From: a virus
Taxonomy: Duplodnaviria > Caudoviricetes
Direction: 5' to 3' (one strand)
IMG/VR virus record: IMGVR_UViG_3300005612_000017
Coordinates: 1-34,540 of that record
DNA: 34,540 nt
This document shows, piece by piece, positions 18,018 to 27,675 of the stretch (position 1 is the stretch's first letter; the number at the start of each line of letters is the position of its first letter). The notes below the pieces were generated by a model. The model made no database searches. It saw nothing but the letters and a program-made list of their open reading frames with translations, and had not been told where the DNA came from. Position numbers and translations under genes: made by a program.

Positions 18018-18167
18018 ATGCCTAAAAAGATGGAGCGACGACTGAAGAGGGAGGCTAAGAAAAAAGGCTTTTCTCCGGCTCGCACAAGGGCTTATGTCTA
18101 TGGGACCATGCAAGATAAGGGCTGGAGGCCTAAGCCCAAGACTAGAGCCTCCCGCCGGAAGCGTTAG
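18018..18167 (+). CDS. Very basic 49-aa protein
   Basis: My translation: MPKKMERRLKREAKKKGFSPARTRAYVYGTMQDKGWRPKPKTRASRRKR; ggag RBS; not in ORF track. Confidence 0.7.
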   Translation: MPKKMERRLKREAKKKGFSPARTRAYVYGTMQDKGWRPKPKTRASRRKR

Positions 18168-18196
18168 ATCATGAATTTTTAATAGGAGACAAATTT

Positions 18197-18850
18197 ATGT
18201 CAAGTCCTCCCACCATGACCTCGATTCCCCAAATGGATCCAGGGCGTCCATTGAAATCCGTAAACGCTGGCTTCGGTAACGAGTGGTTGATGGAGATCCA
18301 ACGCGCCCTAACCACGCAATTCGCCTCTATTGGCGAGTCGGTGGTAATCGTCTCGGCTGAGGAGCTCAATGCTCTCAAGGACGCCGCCGCCGACAAGACC
18401 ATCGAAGAGCGGCTAACCTCTCTCGAATCAAGCGGATTTAACTACGCACTACCGGCTGAGGCCTTAGACTTAGCTGATCCTTGGTGGAATGCGGGCAACG
18501 ATGTTGTCCTTTACTCGTCCTACTTTATCACTACCACGAGGGCGGCGGTTTCGAATGCGCCTTTTCCCTGGGGCTCAAGCATAACGCCGGGTGACGAGCA
18601 GAACGCCACATTACTGCTGGCTAAGCGCAGCTTTTCCGATTCTGACGACCCTGCTATAGATGAGGTTTGGATTCAGGACATTGTGACGGGACAGATCCGG
18701 CATTGCTACAGGGCGACGGACCGACGCAGTGCAATGACCAACAAGTCGTGGTACGCGATGGAGCAAACCAGCACATCTACCGCGGAAGGGACTAGCGGTA
18801 ACGCGATTGAAACCAGTGTTTGCGGGACGATCGCGCAGCTATGCCCCTAA
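18197..18850 (+). CDS. Tail-region structural protein
   Basis: aggag RBS; position between adaptor and nozzle. Confidence 0.6.
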   Translation: MSSPPTMTSIPQMDPGRPLKSVNAGFGNEWLMEIQRALTTQFASIGESVVIVSAEELNALKDAAADKTIEERLTSLESSGFNYALPAEALDLADPWWNAGNDVVLYSSYFITTTRAAVSNAPFPWGSSITPGDEQNATLLLAKRSFSDSDDPAIDEVWIQDIVTGQIRHCYRATDRRSAMTNKSWYAMEQTSTSTAEGTSGNAIETSVCGTIAQLCP

Positions 18851-20496
18851 TCCGCATTGAAGACTTCGGGAGTTCGGCTTTAAACGTCGATGTGCAGCCT
18901 ACTCTTTTGAAACCAGGGGAGTGGTCGGCCATGACAAACATTGATGTCGAGTCCGGGGACATTCGTTCCGCCTGGGGTGAGTCCATTGTCGAAGCCTCGC
19001 CGCCTTGCGAGCCGCTCTACCAATATCGATTTGAAGGGCTAACTTCGTCCTGGCTCATCATCTCCGATGGAGTCGGTGTCTTCGCGTCGGACGGAAAGTC
19101 GTGGCAAGACATTACGCCCGTTGCTCTGGCGGGGATAGGGACTACATGGCAAGACTTTCACGACGAAGCAACCACTTGGTCCGCGCTGGAAGCTTCCAAT
19201 GTTACCTGGGGTCAACTGGAGGAATCGGAGACGGATCCGGTGCCGTTCGCTGGCCGCGTCTCGTTTTCGACCTTCTTGGGGATCCTGGTAGTAACGCCGG
19301 ATCAGGGTGCGCCGTCTTACTGGCCTTCCGAGGACGGGCGTATGGCCCCGCTGCCTGGATGGGACATTAACAACTGGACAGCTAGCCAGGTGATTGGCTA
19401 CGCCAATTTTTTAGTGGCCCTTGAGTTTGACGATGGCACGATCATCGGCCCTCAGTTTCGGGTAGCCTGGTCGGATGCTGCGGCCGAAGGAGAAATTCCG
19501 CAGTCGTGGGATTTCGCCGATGTCACAGCGCTGGCTGGGTCTGTACAGCTGCGCGATACGGAAGGCAAGCTGACCGTTGCGGAATTGCTGCGGAATGATC
19601 TAATCATCTACAAAGCCGATTCGATCTACAGGATGTTCTTGCGCAACGACACCTCCGTTATGGGCTTCGAGCGTGTGATTTCCGATCACGGCTGTGATTC
19701 GTGGCGCGGAGTGGCGCGGATGGGAGCCGTTCACTTCTTTGCCGATGCTGGTGATATTCGGATCTACGACGGCCAGAATACGCAATCGATAACGACACGC
19801 CGCATTAAGGAGCGGCTTGCGGTTGCCATCGACAACGAAAGCCGGGATATGACTGCCGTTGTGCCTCACCCGGATCGAGAGCAGGTATGGGTCGGCGTTG
19901 TGCCGGCAGGCAGCGACACTTTCGACAACGTGCTTATTTTCAGCTTGGAGCACAACAGCTGGACGCCCAAGAAATATCCGGGCCTCGTGTCCATGTGTAT
20001 GGGACACCTGTCAGTGAGCGGAGGCAGCGGCCGGACCTGGCAGGATCTTCACGACGAAGGTATCACTTGGGCGATGTGGGATGAAACCTGGGGATCGTCT
20101 TTCTACAATCCCTCGGAACGTGGCATCACTATGGCCACTGCCACGACGATTTTCCAGACCGACAAGAGCAACACCGATTTTGAAGGCAACGCGAAGTATT
20201 GCGTAGCAGAGCGCCAGGGATTTCTGCTAGCCGACATGCCGCAGCGCGTGACAGTGAGGCAGGTCTTCCCGGAGATGCAGGGCGACGCGGTGGTCCAAAT
20301 CCAGGTGGGGGCAGTCTGGACTCCCGGCGAAACGGTACGTTGGACAGCGCCGCAGGACTTCCGCGTGGGCGTCGACCGCAAGCTTAACGTTCGGGTCACC
20401 GGGCAGCCTACGGCGCTGCGTATCGTCTCACAACAGGATGCCTCATGGAGGCTAGGAGCCGTTTCGCTCGCATTCTCTGAAGCGGGGCGTCGCTAA
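18841..20496 (+). CDS. Tail nozzle / packaged-DNA stabilization protein (P22 gp10/T7 gp12-like)
   Basis: About 550 aa, beta-rich, RVAWSD, IIYKADSIYRM, HGC, ends GRR; synteny. Start at ATG 18841. Confidence 0.75.
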   Translation: MPLIRIEDFGSSALNVDVQPTLLKPGEWSAMTNIDVESGDIRSAWGESIVEASPPCEPLYQYRFEGLTSSWLIISDGVGVFASDGKSWQDITPVALAGIGTTWQDFHDEATTWSALEASNVTWGQLEESETDPVPFAGRVSFSTFLGILVVTPDQGAPSYWPSEDGRMAPLPGWDINNWTASQVIGYANFLVALEFDDGTIIGPQFRVAWSDAAAEGEIPQSWDFADVTALAGSVQLRDTEGKLTVAELLRNDLIIYKADSIYRMFLRNDTSVMGFERVISDHGCDSWRGVARMGAVHFFADAGDIRIYDGQNTQSITTRRIKERLAVAIDNESRDMTAVVPHPDREQVWVGVVPAGSDTFDNVLIFSLEHNSWTPKKYPGLVSMCMGHLSVSGGSGRTWQDLHDEGITWAMWDETWGSSFYNPSERGITMATATTIFQTDKSNTDFEGNAKYCVAERQGFLLADMPQRVTVRQVFPEMQGDAVVQIQVGAVWTPGETVRWTAPQDFRVGVDRKLNVRVTGQPTALRIVSQQDASWRLGAVSLAFSEAGRR

Positions 20497-22142
20497 TGCC
20501 TGCCTTCACCGGCCAAGACGAGTTCCGACACAAGGAGCTGCCCGCGCTTGGCGGCGAGCTGCGACGCCAGGTGCAGGACGAATTCCGTCATGTGGAGATG
20601 GCCCTGTATAGCGTCTCGACCCAGATCAACGACCTCGACGAATGGACGGAGACGCACGAGAGCGCTTACAACCCGCACGGTAAGGTCACCTGGAAAGGGG
20701 CATGGACCCCAGGCACTTACGAGCTATACGACTTCTCTACGGACGGGGCTTATGCGGGCGTAGCAAACAAGCAGACGACTGACCGGCTCGCGCCGCAGGA
20801 TGCGGGTAGCGCGTTTTTTGTCTACAGCGGCACCGACCCGACCAGCACTATCTCGGCCAAGCAGCTCGTGGTCGGTCAACGCTACACCTGGGAGCAGGCT
20901 AACAAGCTCAATGGGCTGAGACTTTACACGACCGCAGGCAACACGTACCGCGTTTACAGCGTAAGCGATCCGCTGGGCGTGCCAATCCTTAACGAGCTGG
21001 TTTCGCCCTTCATAGCGGACACGACTGAGTGGCTGCCGCTGGCTATCGATCCCATCATTGTTGCCGCCGGGTCGGTCTTTGATCTCTATGCCGCAATCGA
21101 GCAGCCGGCGGTAACTCCCACCGCCTGGACGGCTAACTACGATTACGACACGCCGAACAATCCCGGCGCACCCCCGTCAGGTGTTTGCCAGCACGCCAAC
21201 AACGATCTGGGACAGCTGCATTTCCATAAAACGGACGACGATGGGACCGACCGCGGCGTAGCCCTCCTGGCCCTCACTCCGGGCGACGTGATCGAAGCGT
21301 TGGGGCTACGCTGGGCGATTCAGACCGACCCAGTCGATAACGGGACCTATGTCACGATTGCCGCCGCTCCTGCCGGGCAGGCCAGTCCAGACGGCGTGAC
21401 ACAGTTTAGTTTCGAGACCGTCATGGCTACGCCCATAACGGTCATCCTCGATTCCAATTATTGGCTCGGCGAGGCCCGCGCCTCCGGGCGTTACCAGATC
21501 GACGGCGGAGCATGGGTCGACACAGAGGATCAGTACAACGTCGACATCAATGTCCAACCCGTCACGATTTCGGACGACTGGGACTTGCTTCCGACTGGAG
21601 GGGGCGGCGGGGGCGGCGGAGAGCCCGGCCCGCCGGGGACGACACTTCACGGGGAACTCACCGACACGGACACCGACGGACATCCGGCCTCTGTTATCAC
21701 CGATCTCGATGCAGCTATCGATGCTCGAATTGCTAACGCGCTTAACGACCAATACCCTATCGACTCCATTGTCTATCGACACGATACCGTCAACCCCGGG
21801 ACCTACCTTCCTGGCGTTTGGGCCTCGGTTGGTGCCGGCCGTTTTGTCGTGGGTACAGGCTTGCTGGATTCGACCACGTATTTAGCCGGAACAACCGGCG
21901 GAGATCTCAATCGGCGGGTTTTCCTGACCGAGGCCCAGGGGCCTACTCATAATCATGGGCCGACAGTGGCTAATACCTTTGTCGTTTATGACGGGGAGGG
22001 TGGACAGCTCTTGCCTACTGGAGACGGCGGGACCGCAAATACACGCGCCAGCGCAAGTACAACAGCAAACGCCGGCGACGGGGATGCTCACGAAAATCGG
22101 CCACCGTGGTTGGTATTGACGGTTTGGCGGAGGACGAGCTGA
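20496..22142 (+). CDS. Tail fibre/spike with C-terminal collar-type domain
   Basis: YPIDSIV...NPGTYLPGVW...GRFVVG...LTEAQGPTHNH...AHENRPPWLVLTVWRRT. Confidence 0.75.
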   Translation: MPAFTGQDEFRHKELPALGGELRRQVQDEFRHVEMALYSVSTQINDLDEWTETHESAYNPHGKVTWKGAWTPGTYELYDFSTDGAYAGVANKQTTDRLAPQDAGSAFFVYSGTDPTSTISAKQLVVGQRYTWEQANKLNGLRLYTTAGNTYRVYSVSDPLGVPILNELVSPFIADTTEWLPLAIDPIIVAAGSVFDLYAAIEQPAVTPTAWTANYDYDTPNNPGAPPSGVCQHANNDLGQLHFHKTDDDGTDRGVALLALTPGDVIEALGLRWAIQTDPVDNGTYVTIAAAPAGQASPDGVTQFSFETVMATPITVILDSNYWLGEARASGRYQIDGGAWVDTEDQYNVDINVQPVTISDDWDLLPTGGGGGGGGEPGPPGTTLHGELTDTDTDGHPASVITDLDAAIDARIANALNDQYPIDSIVYRHDTVNPGTYLPGVWASVGAGRFVVGTGLLDSTTYLAGTTGGDLNRRVFLTEAQGPTHNHGPTVANTFVVYDGEGGQLLPTGDGGTANTRASASTTANAGDGDAHENRPPWLVLTVWRRTS

Positions 22143-22178
22143 TACTATGAATATTCCAAAAAAAAGCGGAGATAAAAG

Positions 22179-22874
22179 ATGGTTGAGCTGAAGACTAGAT
22201 CAACTAAGTGTGAACGCTACGAAGCTGGCGATGGTCACCTATGCGGGATCGCTCCTGTGATAATCGCGGCCGCCATTGGTGCTGGAGCCAGTTATCTCTC
22301 GTCTCGAAATCAGGCGAAGGGCCAGGCGGATGCTAACGACGACAATGCCGCAATGTATGACGCGTATCTTGACGCCAACAAGAATGCGGGAATGCCCATA
22401 TGGTCTGACGAACAACAACCTTATGTCTTCGGCGACCGGGTCTACAACCCAATCATGCCGGAGGTGAACCCCGACGCGCAAGCCTGGGGTTACACCGCCG
22501 CAGGAGGCGGAGTGCCGGGAGTTCCTCGGCTGGAAGGCCCGATGTCCCTGTCACAAATACGCGGGCAGCTGCCAGGCGGTAACAACGGACAGTTCGGCCA
22601 GGATATCCAGAACCTCCTTGGGTTTGGACGCACTGCACCTCCCCCTTTGTTTCTGGATCCGACTACCGGAAAGCCGGGACTGATGAACAACCGAAACCCG
22701 ATGGCAAACGCCAATCCGCCACCCGCGGCGATCGGCCCACAAGGACCGCCACAAGGTGGGCCTGATCCCAGGATGGGGCACAGAGGTGACTTCGGTTTCT
22801 CCGATCCATACGAATTTGCGAGACGACAGGAATACGCGGCACGGCAGTCGAATCCTTACGGCGGCATGGGCTAA
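22179..22874 (+). CDS. Internal virion/ejection protein (T7 gp14/P22 gp7-like)
   Basis: CGIAPVIIAAAIGAGASYLSSRNQAK; Gly/Pro-rich. Confidence 0.65.
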   Translation: MVELKTRSTKCERYEAGDGHLCGIAPVIIAAAIGAGASYLSSRNQAKGQADANDDNAAMYDAYLDANKNAGMPIWSDEQQPYVFGDRVYNPIMPEVNPDAQAWGYTAAGGGVPGVPRLEGPMSLSQIRGQLPGGNNGQFGQDIQNLLGFGRTAPPPLFLDPTTGKPGLMNNRNPMANANPPPAAIGPQGPPQGGPDPRMGHRGDFGFSDPYEFARRQEYAARQSNPYGGMG

Positions 22875-22924
22875 AAGGCTTCTTGTCGCCGAAACAACGA
22901 AATTCAGCAAGCGAGCAAAACATC

Positions 22925-24331
22925 ATGGCAAACCCTCCTCCTTACGGCCTCGGTCCTTCCTCATCCGCACAGCTCGACCGCCCCTACCCAGGCAGCAATC
23001 CGTATGCACCGGCGGGCATTACAGATATGACGAGGCAGGGGTGGGCTAGCCAGCTTGAAGGCGTCGCAGGCCAGCAGGCCGCAGCCCAGAAGTATGCTAA
23101 CCAGCTCGGTGGCTTCAATGCCACTAGCAGCGGTGGCGGTAGCGTCAGTGCTGGCCCTGACTTTGTAGCGCAGCAATTCCAAATGCCTGGGATGGACTGG
23201 CTTAATACCAGTCTGCCAAATATTGGTTTCCAGGGTTCACGCGAGCAGATAGCAAAAACGCTAGGGCAATACGGTACAGGTTTGTCGGCGGCTGAGCTGA
23301 ATCAGATCGGGGCTAGCTTTGATCCTTGGAACCCAAAGCTTCGCTCTGAAATTGCTGCAGCAAATACGCAGCTGGGCGACCAGTTTCGCGAGTACACCAT
23401 GCCGGGCCTGAACCGCTCGCTTGCCGGGTCCGGTCCGGGAGCCTACGGCGGCACACGCGCCGGCATTGCGCAGGGACTCGCTACTCAAGGGGCGATGGAT
23501 GCCATCCAGAAGAACACCACCGACATGACCAGCAGGGGCTATGAGGCAGGTCTGGGTCGATACGTTGCAGATCGAGGGACGACCATCCAGGGCTTGCTGC
23601 AGGGGCGTGAGCTGGGCGGCAGACTTGGAATGCAGGGTGCAGGCATGCTAAGCGACCAGCAAATAGCGCGGCTACGGGAAGCCTCTGGCCTACAACAAGC
23701 CGGGTTCCAAACACGCGGTGCGTTGGAACAGGCGTTGATGGGCACGAATGCCGGGATGCTCAATGAAGCGATGGGGGCGAACGCTCGGACACGGGCGGCG
23801 GCCATTAGTGGCAACGCGGGTATCGCTTCCGCCGGCCTTGCCGCGTCGGCGCAAAACAACCGGACAAATATGATGGCACAACAAGCCGCTGCGCAGCTGG
23901 GTATGGACGCTGCAGGGTACGGCACGGAGATGGGCGACCGGATGGAGCGTTTTGGCGGAGTGGAGCAGAGGAATAATCAATACGTACAGGATTGGTATAA
24001 CCAGGGTTACGGGCATGCGTCAGACTATCCCGGCGAGCAGCTGGACGCCTACGGAAGGCGTATCGACAATATAACGCGCCCAGGCAATCAGGGCGGGGTA
24101 GCGCCTCCGGGTGGTGCCTCCCAGCAGATGCCTGCTGGGGGCGATCCTTGGAGCGCAGCAGCGAGGGGTGGGGCAGCAGGGGCAGGGCTATACAACGACT
24201 GGCAGCGCAGCCAAGGCAACCCTTACGGCTACGGCGGTGGTGGTGGCGGCGGCTACGGTGGCTACGGGTCTGGACCCGTTCCTGGGGACGCCTATGGACC
24301 GGCCTATGGCCCTGGTCCGACTTATTACTAA
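22925..24331 (+). CDS. DNA pilot/ejection protein
   Basis: G/A/Q-rich, GAYGGTRAGIAQG motif; start uncertain (TTG 22883 or ATG 22925). Confidence 0.7.
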   Translation: MANPPPYGLGPSSSAQLDRPYPGSNPYAPAGITDMTRQGWASQLEGVAGQQAAAQKYANQLGGFNATSSGGGSVSAGPDFVAQQFQMPGMDWLNTSLPNIGFQGSREQIAKTLGQYGTGLSAAELNQIGASFDPWNPKLRSEIAAANTQLGDQFREYTMPGLNRSLAGSGPGAYGGTRAGIAQGLATQGAMDAIQKNTTDMTSRGYEAGLGRYVADRGTTIQGLLQGRELGGRLGMQGAGMLSDQQIARLREASGLQQAGFQTRGALEQALMGTNAGMLNEAMGANARTRAAAISGNAGIASAGLAASAQNNRTNMMAQQAAAQLGMDAAGYGTEMGDRMERFGGVEQRNNQYVQDWYNQGYGHASDYPGEQLDAYGRRIDNITRPGNQGGVAPPGGASQQMPAGGDPWSAAARGGAAGAGLYNDWQRSQGNPYGYGGGGGGGYGGYGSGPVPGDAYGPAYGPGPTYY

Positions 24332-24364
24332 GCAAGGGGACAGGTTCAAACGGGAGACCATAGT

Positions 24365-25954
24365 ATGAGCGTATCTCGACAAGCGCTTTTGGATTATATT
24401 GGCAATATTGAGTCAGGCGGCAACTATAACGCTATCTATGGCAATGCAGGCAGCAGCCAAGACCTATCTCAGATGAGTCTAAATGAGGTATTACGGCTGC
24501 AAAAGGAGCATGGCAGCAATACTGGCTCTAGTGCTATCGGCAAATACCAGATTATTCAAAACACATTGCGGGGATTGATGCGGGAAAATGGTATTCCCGC
24601 TAGCGAAAAGTTCACTCCTGAGCTACAAGAATTTTTGGGTGCCAAGTTGCTAGAGGGCAGAGGGTATAAAGAATTTGCGGGAGGCACGCTGTCTCCTGAG
24701 AATTTCCAGAACAATCTAGCTAAGGAATGGGCTGCAGTACCTACTACCAGCGGAAGATCGCACTACGCTGGGGACAAAATGGGGAATAAAGCAGGAGTCA
24801 CATCTTTCCAATTTTCGGACGCATTACAAGGTGCTCTGCCTGGTGAGAGAGTAACCGCCCCCGGTTCTGAAGGTTTTCCCACGACTCATCAAGCGCCTGG
24901 ATTTGAAGGGCCGGCTGGGTCTGTACAAGATGTCGTAGCAGCGCGCATGCAGCAAATGATGCAGCCTCAACCGCTGACTACCGCTCAGGCTCTGGAGCGA
25001 GGGCTAACACGGTTTGCCAACGCCTTCAGCAATACGAACACCCCGCTACCTCATGCGCCGCCGCCGGCGATGACGCCTTATCAGCAGCTGACGGCGGAGG
25101 CGAACCTTCACACGCTGGAGCTCAATCGCAGGGAGAGGCAGCGCGAAAGCCAGCAGCAGGCGCGGCAGAACGCCTACAGAGAGAGCCAAGCGAAACAGGC
25201 GGACCTCGCTGGCGATTTTGAGAAAGCGAGTTACTTGCGCGCCGGCATGGGTAGAGAGGAGGAGGAGTTGTTGCCCGCGTCCATGCAAGCGCCTCCTGAA
25301 CTTCACAAGGCGGGCGACCAGTTCTACACCTGGGAGGGGGGGAGGAACGGCGGGCTTGTCCCAGCTCCGGGTTTTCCTGAGCAGGTAGTAGATCCGAACG
25401 AATTGACCGCTACGCAAAAGGCAAGGGCGAACATAGAGCATCAGATAATGGGCCGGTGGAATCAAGAGTCTGGTGGCGTGCGGGAAGCGCTTACCAGATG
25501 GGATTCGGTTAGAGAGTTTAATCCGAAGACAATGGAGGGGGCGGAAGACCTGACCCTGGCCATTGCTTTCAACAAAATGCTTAGCCCGAACTCTTCTGTC
25601 ATGGGTGGCGAGGTAACAACAACGCAGGAAGCTGGCGACAAGCTGGTTGCTCTTCCTTTGTGGATGCGTACCGCACTGAAAGAAGGGCAAATGCTCACCA
25701 CGAAACAGCGCGAGAATATTCTAGGCCGGATGGACAAGCTAGCGCGTAGCCGCTATGAGTCGTTGGCAGACATCAGGTCTAGATATGAAGAGCAGTTTGG
25801 GGTCTACGGCATTGAGCCAAGAATTTATCTAGGTGACGCCAGCCCCTACGGGGAGCGCACCTTATATCCTGATGAGGCGGTTACCCCTTCACCCACTCCA
25901 GGGACTGAATTAGGCGGAGGCTTTACTATATCCTCTCAGTCAGGAGGCTTCTGA
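24365..25954 (+). CDS. Ejection protein with N-terminal lysozyme-like muralytic domain
   Basis: LLDYIGNIESGGNYN, SAIGKYQII, FTPELQE, LAKEWAAVP. Confidence 0.8.
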   Translation: MSVSRQALLDYIGNIESGGNYNAIYGNAGSSQDLSQMSLNEVLRLQKEHGSNTGSSAIGKYQIIQNTLRGLMRENGIPASEKFTPELQEFLGAKLLEGRGYKEFAGGTLSPENFQNNLAKEWAAVPTTSGRSHYAGDKMGNKAGVTSFQFSDALQGALPGERVTAPGSEGFPTTHQAPGFEGPAGSVQDVVAARMQQMMQPQPLTTAQALERGLTRFANAFSNTNTPLPHAPPPAMTPYQQLTAEANLHTLELNRRERQRESQQQARQNAYRESQAKQADLAGDFEKASYLRAGMGREEEELLPASMQAPPELHKAGDQFYTWEGGRNGGLVPAPGFPEQVVDPNELTATQKARANIEHQIMGRWNQESGGVREALTRWDSVREFNPKTMEGAEDLTLAIAFNKMLSPNSSVMGGEVTTTQEAGDKLVALPLWMRTALKEGQMLTTKQRENILGRMDKLARSRYESLADIRSRYEEQFGVYGIEPRIYLGDASPYGERTLYPDEAVTPSPTPGTELGGGFTISSQSGGF

Positions 25955-27664
25955 ATGAGCACGTTTACGGTTGTAGGAACAAACGGGGTGCCTGTACAAG
26001 TGGATGGCCCGGCAGGCAGCACGCAAGAACAGGCGCAAGCGGCTTTTGATCAATATCAACGCCAGCAATGGTCGAACTTGGACCAGCAACAAAAGCTGCA
26101 AGGATATGACCCTCGCAAGCGCATTCTGGAAGACACCTTCAACGAGTCCAATCCGGTCGAACAGTTTGGAATCGGACTGGCGAACAGCGGGCTCGAAACC
26201 TGGGAAGGGGCCAAGCAATTGCTTGGGCTGGAAGGCCCGGAAACCGAGGAACGTTTGCGCGTGGCACGTGATACGCCAACGAGCATTCCCGGTATGGCTG
26301 GATATCTGACTGGAGAGGTTGCGCAGGTTGCTGGCCCTGCCGGAGTATTGGCGAAAGCGTCCAAAGCTCCGGCGCTTGCAGAGGGGGTCGCGTCTACTCT
26401 TCAGGGCGGCCTGAAGGGTGTCCCAGAGGGAGAGAGCGCACTTGCCCACCGGATGACCAATGCCGGCCTGGGGGCCGCTGGTGGGCTAGCTGGAAGGGCC
26501 TTAGGCGGGGTCTCGCCTACGGGGCAAGCTTCCGACTTGATGGCACGGGCGAAGGATCTTGACGTTCCCATGCGGCTAACGCCCGGACAAATGGGCGGCG
26601 ACATCTGGCAGCGTAGCGAGCAAGGATTGGAAGCGCTTCCTATCATAGGGTCGACTATTCGCGCTCACCAGCGGATGGGGTTGCGCGATTGGAACCGGCT
26701 CCTACTCAATGAAGTCAGTCCGGACGGGAACATCGCTGATTACGGGGCGAAAGGATTGCGCGGCGTAAATCGGCAATTTAGCGAAGGCTATGATTCGGTA
26801 ATCGCTGCAGCTCCAGACGTCTTACAACAAACGGAAACGGGCGCGGCAGCTCTTGCCACAGCTGTTGATACATTTCTTCCAAAGCTAAAGCCTGACGCCG
26901 CAACCGAATTTGCAAAACAAGCGAAACGTCTAGCAACCGAGCTGTCCAGTGGATCAATTCCCCGTGAAGCGTTCAAACAGACCAAAGGCGAATTTGACAG
27001 CATGGCGGAAGAGGCCTTCCGCAACGGCGGCGTACTCCTAGGGAAAGCGTACAAGGCTCTTTCCAATACTGTTAGCGCCGTGTTTAAAGAGCACCTACCA
27101 CCGGATGTTGCTGCACGCCTAGACTTGCTCGACTCCAAATACGGCGAATTTCTACCTGTTGTTCGTGCGCAAGCATTGAAAGGCGCAACAAAGGAGGATT
27201 TAATTACTCCGAGCCAGCTCCTGAGCGCTATCCGTGCTGAAGACCCCTCGCTTAGAAAGAAAGGCTTCGCACTTCAGGAGCGCCCCTTGGAAGCAGAAAC
27301 CCTGCAGGCTGAAGAGTCACTTGGCCGTGCAGTTCCAAACATGGGGCCTGGCACCGCAGAAAAGCTTTTCACTGGTGGTGCTTTATATTCCGCTGCGATG
27401 GATCCTGGAACGGCGCTGCCTATTGGTGGGGGTTTGGTGGGCGCATCTGGATTGATGACCGCCGCGGCTCCTGTCCTACGAGGGTCACTCCCTGGGCAAC
27501 GAGCATTCCGCGAAGCGGCAAACTATGTGCCTGGGGTAACATCCCAGCTTGGCGAGGCTGGATTGGGATATCCTTATGGAGAGCGCTCATCTTTAACCGA
27601 TGAGCTGAGGAGCCTTACCCCTGCTAGGCAGGCTAAAATCCTATCGCGGCTACTGGGACGATAG
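25955..27664 (+). CDS. Large ejection/DNA-transfer protein
   Basis: Ala/Gly-rich, LTPGQMGG, hydrophobic C-terminal stretch; synteny. Confidence 0.65.
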   Translation: MSTFTVVGTNGVPVQVDGPAGSTQEQAQAAFDQYQRQQWSNLDQQQKLQGYDPRKRILEDTFNESNPVEQFGIGLANSGLETWEGAKQLLGLEGPETEERLRVARDTPTSIPGMAGYLTGEVAQVAGPAGVLAKASKAPALAEGVASTLQGGLKGVPEGESALAHRMTNAGLGAAGGLAGRALGGVSPTGQASDLMARAKDLDVPMRLTPGQMGGDIWQRSEQGLEALPIIGSTIRAHQRMGLRDWNRLLLNEVSPDGNIADYGAKGLRGVNRQFSEGYDSVIAAAPDVLQQTETGAAALATAVDTFLPKLKPDAATEFAKQAKRLATELSSGSIPREAFKQTKGEFDSMAEEAFRNGGVLLGKAYKALSNTVSAVFKEHLPPDVAARLDLLDSKYGEFLPVVRAQALKGATKEDLITPSQLLSAIRAEDPSLRKKGFALQERPLEAETLQAEESLGRAVPNMGPGTAEKLFTGGALYSAAMDPGTALPIGGGLVGASGLMTAAAPVLRGSLPGQRAFREAANYVPGVTSQLGEAGLGYPYGERSSLTDELRSLTPARQAKILSRLLGR

Positions 27665-27675
27665 GGGAGTCAGTA

